IMG/VR virus record: IMGVR_UViG_3300045988_101835
Reading direction: 5' to 3' (one strand)
Length of the DNA: 64,000 nt
DNA from: a virus
The notes below the pieces were generated by a model, which saw only the letters and a list, made by a program, of their open reading frames with translations, made no database searches and was not told where the DNA came from. The position numbers and the translations under genes are program-made. Shown here piece by piece: positions 7,808 to 16,262 of this stretch. Within the stretch, counting starts at the first letter, position 1; every line of letters starts with the position of its first letter.

Positions 7808-8767
7808 ATGGGTCAGTTCATTCAGTTCGGCCAGAGTGCTTCTTCGGTGTCTATCAGTCGTGTAGACATTGCTGTAGGGTACACTGGTTATTGCATTCCT
7901 CTGGACAACAACACGTTGGCCAAGAATATCGTTTACGTTCGGGGTTTTGGTAACCTTGAGCTTGACAGTCAGTCTATGGTTGAGTTCCGGCTTGAGCCGC
8001 AGCTTTACTACTTCTTTTTGGTTGCTCGTCTCAACTGTGATCAGTATGGTCAGGTTGCGAGTGACGACATTACGGTTGAGTATATCCGCATGACGGAGAA
8101 GCAGTACTTCCGCTTTTTGGGTCTTCGTCGTGCCAATCCTAATGCTAACGCTATTATGCTGCAGAAGGAGAAGCGCACGAATCAGGAGGGCAAGGACGTT
8201 TCGTCGGTGGATTACACTCCGGCTACGCTTCAGTACTCGGATGCTATTCGTCAGCGCATCCAGTTGCTTACGGCTAAGCCTGAAGTTATTCAGGGTCTTT
8301 ACACGCAGGTTGATGCTGTGACGAGTAAGACTGCTGATGCTTATCGTGCTTACCTTTCGTCCCTTGCTGGTGGTGTTTCTCCGGCTCCGGGTCTTCCGAC
8401 GCCTCCGCCTCAGCAGCAGCTAGGTCCTATGCCTACGGTTCCGCCTACGCCCCCCGCTTACGGTGGTTATCAGGCAGCTCCGGGTCTTCCGCAGCAGACG
8501 TATCAGGCTCCCCCTGCGCAGGCTGCTGCACCTGTCCCTCATCCCGCTCAGGCTCCTGCTCCGGTTCCTCCTGCGGCTTCTTATCCTGCTTCAGGATATG
8601 CTTCTGCTCCTACTCCGCCGCAGGCTCCGGCTCCGGGTCTTCCGCAGGATGCTCCGGGTTTGGCTCCGGGCATGCCTATCACTCCGCCGCCTATGGACCC
8701 GTTTGCGGGCAATAGCTTCGGTGGGGGTGAGGACTTCCCGGAGGATTTCGGTGGTTCTAGCTTCTAG
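7808..8767 (+). CDS. Hypothetical protein with SSB-like architecture (folded N-domain, P/Q/A-rich linker, acidic-aromatic tip)
   Basis: About 110 aa of P/A/Q low complexity ending ...GGGEDFPEDFGGSSF*. Sits directly upstream of the RuvC and RecA-like genes. Confidence 0.6.
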   Translation: MGQFIQFGQSASSVSISRVDIAVGYTGYCIPLDNNTLAKNIVYVRGFGNLELDSQSMVEFRLEPQLYYFFLVARLNCDQYGQVASDDITVEYIRMTEKQYFRFLGLRRANPNANAIMLQKEKRTNQEGKDVSSVDYTPATLQYSDAIRQRIQLLTAKPEVIQGLYTQVDAVTSKTADAYRAYLSSLAGGVSPAPGLPTPPPQQQLGPMPTVPPTPPAYGGYQAAPGLPQQTYQAPPAQAAAPVPHPAQAPAPVPPAASYPASGYASAPTPPQAPAPGLPQDAPGLAPGMPITPPPMDPFAGNSFGGGEDFPEDFGGSSF

Positions 8768-8832
8768 ACCCCCGTGGATTGTTGGACAGCCGGAGGTCTC
8801 TTAGGAGGCTTCCGGTTTTTATTTGGACTATT

Positions 8833-9489
8833 ATGAGAGTATTGGGTATTGATCCGAGTTTTACACGGACGGGTCTTTCTATTTTAGATTCTGAGCTGGG
8901 TGTTATTGCTTATACCTCCATTGAGGTTCCGAAGGTTCTAAAGGAGGGTGGTAATATTTTTCATTTTGATAAGTCTTTTCAGGCCGCTACGTGGCATGCG
9001 AAGGCGGTTCGCTCATGGCTTACGGAGTACGATGATAGTGTTGATGCTGTGTTTGCAGAGATGCCTGCTATGCTTTCAGGGTCCGGCCCGTATCTCTTGC
9101 CTTTGCAGTGTATGCTTTACACGGAGTTTCAGGATTTACGGAAGTACTCTACTGCAGGTTTGACCAAGTCCCATTCGGGTCTATTTTCGCTTCTTACAGC
9201 CGATTTCTATCTCATCCCGCCTACGGCTATCAACTCTTTGGTTCGTCCATCTACGGCCAAGAAACGGGCCAAGAAAGGCGAGATTCCGGAAGCCCCTCCT
9301 AAGAAGATTTCCAAGGAGGAGGGCAAGAAGCTTATTGTTCAGTGGGTACTGGATCATTATAGTATTGCTATGAACCATGACGAGGCTTCGGCGGTTATCC
9401 TTGCTGCTATCGGCTTGGATATACTGGCTGGTACTTACAAGAAGACTTACCAGCTTTGCCCACGGCTACAGAAGGATCTATTTGATTGA
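8833..9489 (+). CDS. ruvC: RuvC-like Holliday junction resolvase
   Basis: MRVLGIDPSFTRTGLSIL at the N-terminus, with later AEMP and DEASAVILAAIG acidic motifs. Confidence 0.7.
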   Translation: MRVLGIDPSFTRTGLSILDSELGVIAYTSIEVPKVLKEGGNIFHFDKSFQAATWHAKAVRSWLTEYDDSVDAVFAEMPAMLSGSGPYLLPLQCMLYTEFQDLRKYSTAGLTKSHSGLFSLLTADFYLIPPTAINSLVRPSTAKKRAKKGEIPEAPPKKISKEEGKKLIVQWVLDHYSIAMNHDEASAVILAAIGLDILAGTYKKTYQLCPRLQKDLFD

Positions 9490-9606
9490 TTTACACAGAG
9501 TTATGCTTTATATCAATAATGGTTTTGGTTATTGGTTCTACGACCTAGTGTGCGATTTCTTGGATGGGCTTAGTTATATATCCGATTGGTTCCGGCGGAG
9601 CCACTA

Positions 9607-9622
9607 GTGCAATTCTATATCC
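9607..9622 (+). promoter_or_regulatory. Phage-specific promoter-like motif, C-variant (GTGCAATTCTATATCC)
   Basis: One of 9 copies of a conserved motif. A degenerate half-copy ttatatatcc lies at 9574-9583. Confidence 0.5.
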
Positions 9623-9633
9623 TATTTTTTTTT

Positions 9634-9744
9634 ATGTGTGAGTCTTCTACACAGGATACGGAGGAGGTCAAGATACCGATTCCGGTTTTTCCTTCGTCGG
9701 ATAATAGTGATGACGACGATTGGGTGTTCTACGCTGATTTATAA
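9634..9744 (+). CDS. Small acidic protein (36 aa)
   Basis: MCESSTQDTEEVKIPIPVFPSSDNSDDDDWVFYADL*. Lies 11 nt after the motif and is followed by two hairpins. Confidence 0.4.
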   Translation: MCESSTQDTEEVKIPIPVFPSSDNSDDDDWVFYADL

Positions 9745-9750
9745 TTCCCA

Positions 9751-9805
9751 GCGGAGGGAGTTCTCCGCCTTTGTTCCCAGCAGGAGGGATTCCTGCGATT
9801 TAACT
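9751..9805 (+). terminator. Two tandem related hairpins (gcggag-N6-ctccgc; gcagga-N5-tcctgc), each preceded by ttccca
   Basis: Read directly from the sequence. T-rich tails follow each hairpin. Confidence 0.5.
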
Positions 9806-9815
9806 ATTTTATTTT

Positions 9816-10925
9816 ATGGCTAAAAAGTCAGAGAAATCCGGGAAGTCGGAGTTGACTTCCCTTGCGGACGTGTTGAATGAGTATGGTATCGACCGTCCTA
9901 CTACGTTTGTCGATACGGGTATCGACACCTTGAATGACATCTTGGGTGGTGGTATTGCTCGTGGTAGCTCCTACGCTATGTGGGGTGTTGCGGGTTGTGG
10001 TAAGTCCACCATTGCGGCCCAGACGCTTCGTAGCTTCTGCCGTCAGGGTTTGAAGTGCGTCTTGGTGGATACGGAGCGCGCATGGAATGACCTTCAGCTT
10101 CAGTCTTTCGGTTTATGGGAGTACAAGGAGTCTGGTCTTCTCATTCACCTTACGGTCCGTGACTATGCTCAGTTGGAGGACGTATGCAAGGTTATATCTT
10201 CGGATCAGGACGCTGGTATTTCCTTTGCCGTCTTTGATAGTATGTCGGAGTTGGAGGCTTATGCGGATAAGACCTTAACGGTCAAGGATTGTCGTCCGGG
10301 TATTAAGGCACTGCAGGCATCCTTTTTGCTTCCTCGTATTAAGAACTGGTTTGCGGATGCCGACATTGCGTCCTTATGGCTCTTTCACGCCCGCGCTAAC
10401 CTCCAGATGGGTGTTCCTAACCCCTACGCCTCGAAGGACCGTCAGGATGGCGGATATGCTGCCCTTCACGTTCCGGACGCTATCATCAAGCTTTCTGTTG
10501 GTTTCAAGCTCAAGGAGAAGGAGGGTGACACCGAAGAGGTTTACGGTGTTGAGTTGTTCATGGAGGCTACCAAGAATAAGTTCAGCAAGCCTTTCCGTCA
10601 GAAGAAGGTCAAGCTCATTTTCGGTCAGGGTGTTAGCAAGCGCTATGCCACCATTGATGAAGCTGTGGCTTCGGGTGTCATCCGGAAGTCGGGTGCAAGT
10701 TATTCGCTTCCGTGGGGTGAGAAGTTCTTTGGTGTCAAGAAGCTTTATGCTATGGAGCATACCACCCTTAAGCGGTTATATGAGTATCTACGGACTAACG
10801 GTGCTTCGGAGGTGGGCACGAGTCCGGGCATTCCGGTCTATGTTGATCCTGCCGTTAATCCGTCGGACTTGGACCCGGAGACGGGTGAGCTCTTATCATC
10901 AGAAGGTTCCATTTCAAACTTGTAG
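9816..10925 (+). CDS. RecA/UvsX-family recombinase
   Basis: LNDILGGGIARGSSYAMWGVAGCGKSTIA is the RecA/RadA-type Walker A context. Walker B-like VFDSM. Confidence 0.75.
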   Translation: MAKKSEKSGKSELTSLADVLNEYGIDRPTTFVDTGIDTLNDILGGGIARGSSYAMWGVAGCGKSTIAAQTLRSFCRQGLKCVLVDTERAWNDLQLQSFGLWEYKESGLLIHLTVRDYAQLEDVCKVISSDQDAGISFAVFDSMSELEAYADKTLTVKDCRPGIKALQASFLLPRIKNWFADADIASLWLFHARANLQMGVPNPYASKDRQDGGYAALHVPDAIIKLSVGFKLKEKEGDTEEVYGVELFMEATKNKFSKPFRQKKVKLIFGQGVSKRYATIDEAVASGVIRKSGASYSLPWGEKFFGVKKLYAMEHTTLKRLYEYLRTNGASEVGTSPGIPVYVDPAVNPSDLDPETGELLSSEGSISNL

Positions 10926-11250
10926 TCATGGAGTTGTGTGATATTATTTCCATCACCTTGACAGCCGCGGGTGCTGCTCATCTTACGGAGTGTGATATGG
11001 ATTAGCGCGAGTATCATCATGTTTATAATGAGCTTCCGGAGAAGGAGATGCAGCGGTTCTATCCTGCGGACTATTATGAGGGTCAGGTTTTGACTATGTC
11101 TTTTTCCTCTCTTTTCTGTAGGTTTGAGCGCTATTCTTTCCATCTAGGTTCCGAAGTTCCATTTGTGGATTTGAAGCTAGTAGAATCCAACTAACATGTT
11201 TGGTTCTGCGTTTACGTATATGTAACGACTTACTATTTTATGATGATTAC

Positions 11251-11272
11251 AGGCCGGGGTTTTCCTCGGCCT
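11251..11272 (+). terminator. Hairpin aggccgggg-tttt-cctcggcct
   Basis: 8-9 bp stem with one G-U pair. Only a weak T tract follows. Confidence 0.4.
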
Positions 11273-11286
11273 TCGTTGTGGTTTAT

Positions 11287-11350
11287 GGGGGGGGGTTTGG
11301 GTTATGGGTTGTGTGTGGGTTGTGGTTGTGGGGTTCCGGGGTGCGTGGGG
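11287..11350 (+). repeat. G-tract cluster (G9, G3, G3, G3, G4, G4, G4) in a GT-rich non-coding spacer
   Basis: Read directly from the sequence. Lies between a hairpin and the motif at 11415. Confidence 0.6.
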
Positions 11351-11414
11351 CCGTGTGGTTTCGGTTGTTGCCTTCGTCGTATGTTGTGCTGGGTTGTTTT
11401 TGTTCTGGCAGAGG

Positions 11415-11430
11415 GTGCAATTCTATATCC
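11415..11430 (+). promoter_or_regulatory. Phage-specific promoter-like motif, C-variant (GTGCAATTCTATATCC)
   Basis: Identical 16-mer to 9607..9622. Confidence 0.5.
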
Positions 11431-11499
11431 ATATTTTTGTGGCATTGTTTATGCGTTGCACTGTTTTACGTTGATGTTTTTAATTAATTTGTTTTTCTT

Positions 11500-11799
11500 A
11501 TGAATGGTTATCCTCTGTTTGTAGGTTTTTCGTCTAGCAGCGATACGAGTTATACACCGCCGCAGACGTATTGTTCTCTTATGGTCATTCATTTCCGGAC
11601 TCTTGGTACTACAGAGCTTATTATTGATTATTGCTCGGGCTATGATTTCGGCGGACATCGTCTTCCTTCGGGTAGGCTGTGGTTGACCTTCGAGGATAGT
11701 CCTGCCTTGTCTTCGGGTCTTAGTGATCTTGTTGCTACTTTAGAGCGTGGTGGTCATTGTGTGTGCTTTGATTCGGTTACAGCGTTTAATTTATCTTGA
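11500..11799 (+). CDS. Hypothetical protein
   Basis: ORF-track ORF. Confidence 0.5.
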   Translation: MNGYPLFVGFSSSSDTSYTPPQTYCSLMVIHFRTLGTTELIIDYCSGYDFGGHRLPSGRLWLTFEDSPALSSGLSDLVATLERGGHCVCFDSVTAFNLS

Positions 11800-11802
11800 T
11801 TT

Positions 11803-12270
11803 ATGGTTCAGGTTCCTAGTATTGATAGCTACCTTTGGGGTTACATAGGTTGTGGTCTTAAGGTTCAGGATTGCCCTACGGGTTCTGTCTTCCGCTTTCG
11901 AGATGTCCGTCCGGGTAGCTGTAGTATGGACGGTGTTCGTCCTGTGTTGCGTCCTTTGCGTTGGTTGTTTACGTCGGCGGGCTTTCCTGTGTTGTGCGAT
12001 CTTATAGGGCTGTCTTATCCGGACGCCTATGATTTTGCCTTAGGTTCTGATTATGTTACCTTCAGGTGTCATGGGTCGGATAATGTTTACACGGCTTCGT
12101 GGGGCCATGATACACTCTGCTTCTTTGTAGGCTGCTCCGAGGTTGCATGTATTCCTCCTTATTTGGTGTATGATGTCTGCCATAGCTACTTTGTAGATTA
12201 CCGTGGTTTGCTGGATTGTGGTGCGGCTGTTCCTACGTCTTGTGTTGGTGACGTTTATGCGGAGGGTTGA
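11803..12270 (+). CDS. Hypothetical Cys-rich protein
   Basis: ORF-track ORF. Confidence 0.5.
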   Translation: MVQVPSIDSYLWGYIGCGLKVQDCPTGSVFRFRDVRPGSCSMDGVRPVLRPLRWLFTSAGFPVLCDLIGLSYPDAYDFALGSDYVTFRCHGSDNVYTASWGHDTLCFFVGCSEVACIPPYLVYDVCHSYFVDYRGLLDCGAAVPTSCVGDVYAEG

Positions 12271-12318
12271 TCCTTCGTGCCCTGTTCTGGTTTTGTTTTT
12301 TAGTGTTTATGCTGTAGG

Positions 12319-13509
12319 ATGGATATAGTTGTTAAGGATTACCTTGCTGCGCGTGACGTTCGGGTACGCGTCGAGGGGTTGACGGTGCTTCGTGGTGAGA
12401 GCTGTGCTGGTAAGAGTAGTACGTTCCGCGGTGTTGTTGCTGCTTGCATGAATAGGTTTACGTCGGGCTGCGTCCGTTGGGGTTCTGCGGGGTGTAGTGT
12501 CTCGGTTCGGTTTGCGGATGACGCCCGTGTTCTGCGTGTTACTAAGACGGAGAAGGGTGGTGCTGTTTATCGGCTTGGGGATGTTACTTATGATAAGACA
12601 CGGCGCGAGGTTCCGTCGGATGTTTGTAGCTTTCTGAACTTTGGTTTTCTGGAGGCGGGGAGCGATAGGCTTTCCTTGAGCTTCTGGGAGCAGTTTACGC
12701 CGCCGTTGCTTATGGGCTTCAGCCAGCGTCGTATTGGTGAGCTTCTAGGTTCTGGTTCTGGGTTATCGGACTGGAGTGTTTGCTGGCGTGGTCTTGGTGT
12801 TCGTCGTGACCGCTGCCGTGGTGCTTCTACGAGTTTGGGTAAGCTTTTGGATTCCGCTAAGCGTAGTAGGGAGTTGTATTGCTCGCTTCAGGCGTCGGGT
12901 TCTGCTCTTTATGGTAGGGTTACGGATGCCTATAGTAGACTTACGTCGTTGCGTTCGCGGTTGTCGTCCTTGCAGACGCTTCTTTCGTTATGCACGACGG
13001 ATTATGTCCATGCGTCTTCTGTTGTTTCGGGTTATTCACGGCTGTCTTCGATTTTGGACGCCTACGTCGCGTTTTTGTCCCGCCGCCGGGAGGTAGTATC
13101 GCTTCTGGATTTACATGCAGGCAGATCGCTTCTTTCGGGCCAAATTTCGAGTATTTTGGAGCCTTGCTTGGGGGTTTTAGATAAGCATTCGTCTTTGGTA
13201 TCGTCGTGTTCGTCGTTGGGTTCCCGTAGGTCGTTGCTTGTGTCTTTAGTGGATATGGTTACGCGCCGCGGTTCTCTGTCGTCGGGTCTTTCCGTCGCAT
13301 CGGAGTATGCTTCGTACCTTTCCGGGTTGGCGGATCTTGCCTCGCGTCGTGCTTCTCTTTTGTCGCGCCGTGAGCGCTTAGAGTCTTTGTTGTCGCTTCT
13401 TACTAGCCGTGGTTCGTTCGCTTCAGAGATTTCGCGTTTGGAGGGTTTGCTTGATAGTAGTGTTTGTCCTTTGTGCGGTTCCCCTTTGGGTTCGTTGGGG
13501 TGCTGCTGA
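12319..13509 (+). CDS. Rad50/SbcC-like ATPase, N-terminal half (P-loop, coiled coil, zinc hook)
   Basis: Walker A LRGESCAGKSST, a long S/L-rich coiled coil, and CPLCGSP hook 13 aa before the stop. Confidence 0.7.
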   Translation: MDIVVKDYLAARDVRVRVEGLTVLRGESCAGKSSTFRGVVAACMNRFTSGCVRWGSAGCSVSVRFADDARVLRVTKTEKGGAVYRLGDVTYDKTRREVPSDVCSFLNFGFLEAGSDRLSLSFWEQFTPPLLMGFSQRRIGELLGSGSGLSDWSVCWRGLGVRRDRCRGASTSLGKLLDSAKRSRELYCSLQASGSALYGRVTDAYSRLTSLRSRLSSLQTLLSLCTTDYVHASSVVSGYSRLSSILDAYVAFLSRRREVVSLLDLHAGRSLLSGQISSILEPCLGVLDKHSSLVSSCSSLGSRRSLLVSLVDMVTRRGSLSSGLSVASEYASYLSGLADLASRRASLLSRRERLESLLSLLTSRGSFASEISRLEGLLDSSVCPLCGSPLGSLGCC

Positions 13510-13551
13510 TTTACGTTTATGGTTTAGTTTTTAATTTTAATCATTTATTTT

Positions 13552-13974
13552 ATGGCTTTATCGTTGGAGGATATACAGCGTCGTAGGTCTGAGGTTGCTT
13601 CGAGCTTATCTGCCGCCCAGACGAAGTTGGGTGTTCTGGAGTCTCAGATTTCGTCATTAAGTAGTAGTTTAGGTTACGCTACGGTACCGTCTGAGTCACA
13701 GCTTCGTAGTGATCTTGCGGCTTTGGATCGTGAGATTGCGTCTTCGGAGTCATTGCTTTCGGCTGCGGAGTCGGAGATGTCTTCGTGGCTTTCTAAGTAC
13801 GATGCGCTTCGGGGTGTTTCTCCGGCTTCGGCCCCTTCGTCGCCGTCGCTTGCTGCCCCGTCGGGTTCTGGCTCGTCGGGTGTTGCTGCTTCGGCTTCAG
13901 GTCCTGTTGTTTCTTGGGGTCCTTCGGGTTCTGGTTCGCTTCCGGACTTCGATGATGATGATGCTCTTGCTTAG
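13552..13974 (+). CDS. Coiled-coil protein with an S/P-rich linker and acidic tip (LPDFDDDDALA)
   Basis: Heptad-like S/L pattern. The tail was read directly from the sequence. Confidence 0.55.
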   Translation: MALSLEDIQRRRSEVASSLSAAQTKLGVLESQISSLSSSLGYATVPSESQLRSDLAALDREIASSESLLSAAESEMSSWLSKYDALRGVSPASAPSSPSLAAPSGSGSSGVAASASGPVVSWGPSGSGSLPDFDDDDALA

Positions 13975-13977
13975 TCT

Positions 13978-14631
13978 ATGGCTTCTTTAGGTGATACATA
14001 CATAGGCTCTGGAGTCGAGCTTCGCTGTACGGATTGTATGGATTATATGCGGTCTTTGCCGGATAAGTCCTTCGACGTTGCTATTGTCGATCCGCCGTAT
14101 GGGATTCATGTTTCTAAGCGTGACTTGGGAGGTCTTTCGTCTAAGATTTACATGGGTTCATGGGATGACAGTATTCCGGATGGTTCTTACTTTTCGGAGT
14201 TGTTCCGTGTTTCGCGTCACCAGATTATCTGGGGTGCTAATTATTTTACGTCTTACTTGCCGGGTATTATGTCATGGGTTGTGTGGGATAAGAGTATTCC
14301 GGACAGCTTGAGCTTTGGTCAGGGTGAGCTTGCGTGGACGAGCTTCGGTGGTCCTTTGAAGATTGCGCGTATTCCTTACCGTGGTTCTGTTGGTGCAGAT
14401 GAGGTTCGGATTCATCCTACGCAGAAGCCTGTTAAGTTGTACGAGTGGTTGCTTTCGCGTTATGTTAAGCCGGGCATGCGTGTTCTGGATACCCATATGG
14501 GTAGTGGTTCTTCGGCCATTGCGTGCCTGAATGCTGGTCTTTCCTTCGTTGGATGTGAGCTTGATCCTATCCATTACGAGGACGCTAAGAACCGCTTTAC
14601 TTTCCATAGTAGACAGCAGCGATTGTTTTGA
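13978..14631 (+). CDS. DNA methyltransferase, beta-class N6A/N4C (N6_N4_Mtase family)
   Basis: Motif IV IVDPPYG precedes HPTQKP and motif I VLDTHMGSGSS. Confidence 0.85.
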   Translation: MASLGDTYIGSGVELRCTDCMDYMRSLPDKSFDVAIVDPPYGIHVSKRDLGGLSSKIYMGSWDDSIPDGSYFSELFRVSRHQIIWGANYFTSYLPGIMSWVVWDKSIPDSLSFGQGELAWTSFGGPLKIARIPYRGSVGADEVRIHPTQKPVKLYEWLLSRYVKPGMRVLDTHMGSGSSAIACLNAGLSFVGCELDPIHYEDAKNRFTFHSRQQRLF

Positions 14632-14633
14632 TT

Positions 14634-15224
14634 ATGAATTTGGATTTGTATACTAGATTTACGGAGTCCTATACTTCATTATGCCGTCGTCTTGAGGATG
14701 CCGACGAGCGTGTTCTCAGCTACGAGCGCCAGTTGGATGAGGTCCTTTCGGAGTCTTCGTTGCTTGAGCGCTGCCGTGACGCTATGGGTTCTGCTAAGGA
14801 GCTTCTTACGAAGTCTTCGCTTACACAGTGCGAGCGCCTTGCTACGCTTGCGGTTCGTTCTATCTTCGGTCTGGACGCTAAGGTTGTCTATGATTCGGAT
14901 GCCAGCAAGTTTCTGCTGGATTACGGTGACGGTAAAAAGAGCGATTTGACGACCGCGCAAAGTGGTGGTTTAATGGTCGTTGTGAGCTTTGTGTTCACGC
15001 TTTACTTGATCATGAAGCACAAGTCGCGCCGTGTTTTATTTATGGACGAGGCTTGGGTTCAGGTTTCGGCGGCTCATTATCCTCGGTTTATCGACTTTGT
15101 TCGGACCATCTGCCGTGACTTTGGTTTTGAGATTTTGCTTGTTTCGCATGATGCTCGCTTGACGCTTGACATGTGTGATAGGTGCTATGAGATACGTGAT
15201 GGGGAGGCCCATCGTTTAAAGTAG
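14634..15224 (+). CDS. Rad50/SbcC-like ATPase, C-terminal half (signature, Walker B, H-loop)
   Basis: AQSGG signature, VLFMDEA Walker B with D-loop, LLVSHD H-loop. Confidence 0.7.
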   Translation: MNLDLYTRFTESYTSLCRRLEDADERVLSYERQLDEVLSESSLLERCRDAMGSAKELLTKSSLTQCERLATLAVRSIFGLDAKVVYDSDASKFLLDYGDGKKSDLTTAQSGGLMVVVSFVFTLYLIMKHKSRRVLFMDEAWVQVSAAHYPRFIDFVRTICRDFGFEILLVSHDARLTLDMCDRCYEIRDGEAHRLK

Positions 15225-15233
15225 GATTTTATT

Positions 15234-15938
15234 ATGGATTGTTTGGTTAATAAGGATTTGCTGCCGGGTATTATTGCCGACAGTGGTCTTATGAAGTATG
15301 CCTTCGGTGAGCTTAAGGCTTTGGGTTATACTTCGGCGTCGGATGGTATAGATGGTATGTTGTATAATGATGTCATCGAGCTTTTAGCTGTGTTTGTGTC
15401 ACAGGGTCATAGTAATAATTCAGCTCCTATTATTTTGAATATGTTTCAGCGGTTGGCGCAGTATCAGCCGCTTTCACCGTTGCGGTTTACGGACGACGAG
15501 TGGGTTGAGTTCGCTGACGGGGAGTTTCAGAATATCCGCCGTAGCTGCTTCTTTAAGGAATCTCCGCATGATCGCGTTTATACTATCGAGGGTTATACGA
15601 AGTGTTCTTCGCGTCGCCGTGAGTTCGGGAGTTCTGAGATTACGGATGGTACGGGTTTCTGTTGGTCTGGCGGTGGTTTTCATGTCATGCATGACGGGGT
15701 TGTTCTTCCGGAGGCTTATACGCAGCGTTGTTACTTACCTGCGTCTTCTTATGCCGATGGCTTTAAGCCTTACGATTGCATATCGTTGCCTTGCACGGAG
15801 GTTGAGGTTTCTCCTAATAATTGGGAGTTTTTCGTCGAGGATACGTGCCCAGAGTTGCAGTTGTTGAAGACCCGTTACGAGTTGCAACCTATGCGTCCTG
15901 ATGTTTCCTTTGTTGGTAAACACATTCTACAGTTGTAG
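15234..15938 (+). CDS. Hypothetical protein
   Basis: 234-aa ORF-track ORF. Confidence 0.6.
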   Translation: MDCLVNKDLLPGIIADSGLMKYAFGELKALGYTSASDGIDGMLYNDVIELLAVFVSQGHSNNSAPIILNMFQRLAQYQPLSPLRFTDDEWVEFADGEFQNIRRSCFFKESPHDRVYTIEGYTKCSSRRREFGSSEITDGTGFCWSGGGFHVMHDGVVLPEAYTQRCYLPASSYADGFKPYDCISLPCTEVEVSPNNWEFFVEDTCPELQLLKTRYELQPMRPDVSFVGKHILQL

Positions 15939-15944
15939 TAGTTT

Positions 15945-16259
15945 ATGGGAGATTGTGGTTATAGCGGGTTTGTACCTGCAGGTGGTGAGTTTCAGTTTTA
16001 CGACCGTGTTTATAAGGTTGTTGCTTTGGTCGACTTGGTGAGTCCTATTCCTACGCCGTGTCCGGGCAAGACGGCATATTCCTATGCCCATTGCCCTAGT
16101 TGTGCATTTGCGGATAATCCGTGCCTTTGTGCACAGGCTAGGGATCTGATCGGCGGGTGCTGTGGTTCATGTCGCCGTGATGGTACGTCGGTCTGTATTT
16201 TCGAGCTTGGTGTTGCTGTCCGTGGGACGGGCGACATCGTTGATCCGGAGGAGGCTTAG
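15945..16259 (+). CDS. Hypothetical Cys-rich protein
   Basis: ORF-track ORF with multiple CxxC-like pairs. Confidence 0.5.
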   Translation: MGDCGYSGFVPAGGEFQFYDRVYKVVALVDLVSPIPTPCPGKTAYSYAHCPSCAFADNPCLCAQARDLIGGCCGSCRRDGTSVCIFELGVAVRGTGDIVDPEEA

Positions 16260-16262
16260 CTT

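Noticed and set aside
10351-10941. Many + strand ORFs in shifted frames overlap real genes (for example 10351..10941, 8463..8804, 38599..39015, 39022..39462 and 45141..45428). They are rich in R/L/S/F/C.
   Set aside because: They are composition-driven shadow ORFs. The overlapping frame carries the recognisable protein in each case: RecA-like, the P-rich linker protein, and so on.
11200-11503. ORFs 11200..11487 and 11240..11503, which encode G/V/W/C-rich peptides.
   Set aside because: They lie in the GT-rich spacer and have no plausible protein character. I treated the region as non-coding.
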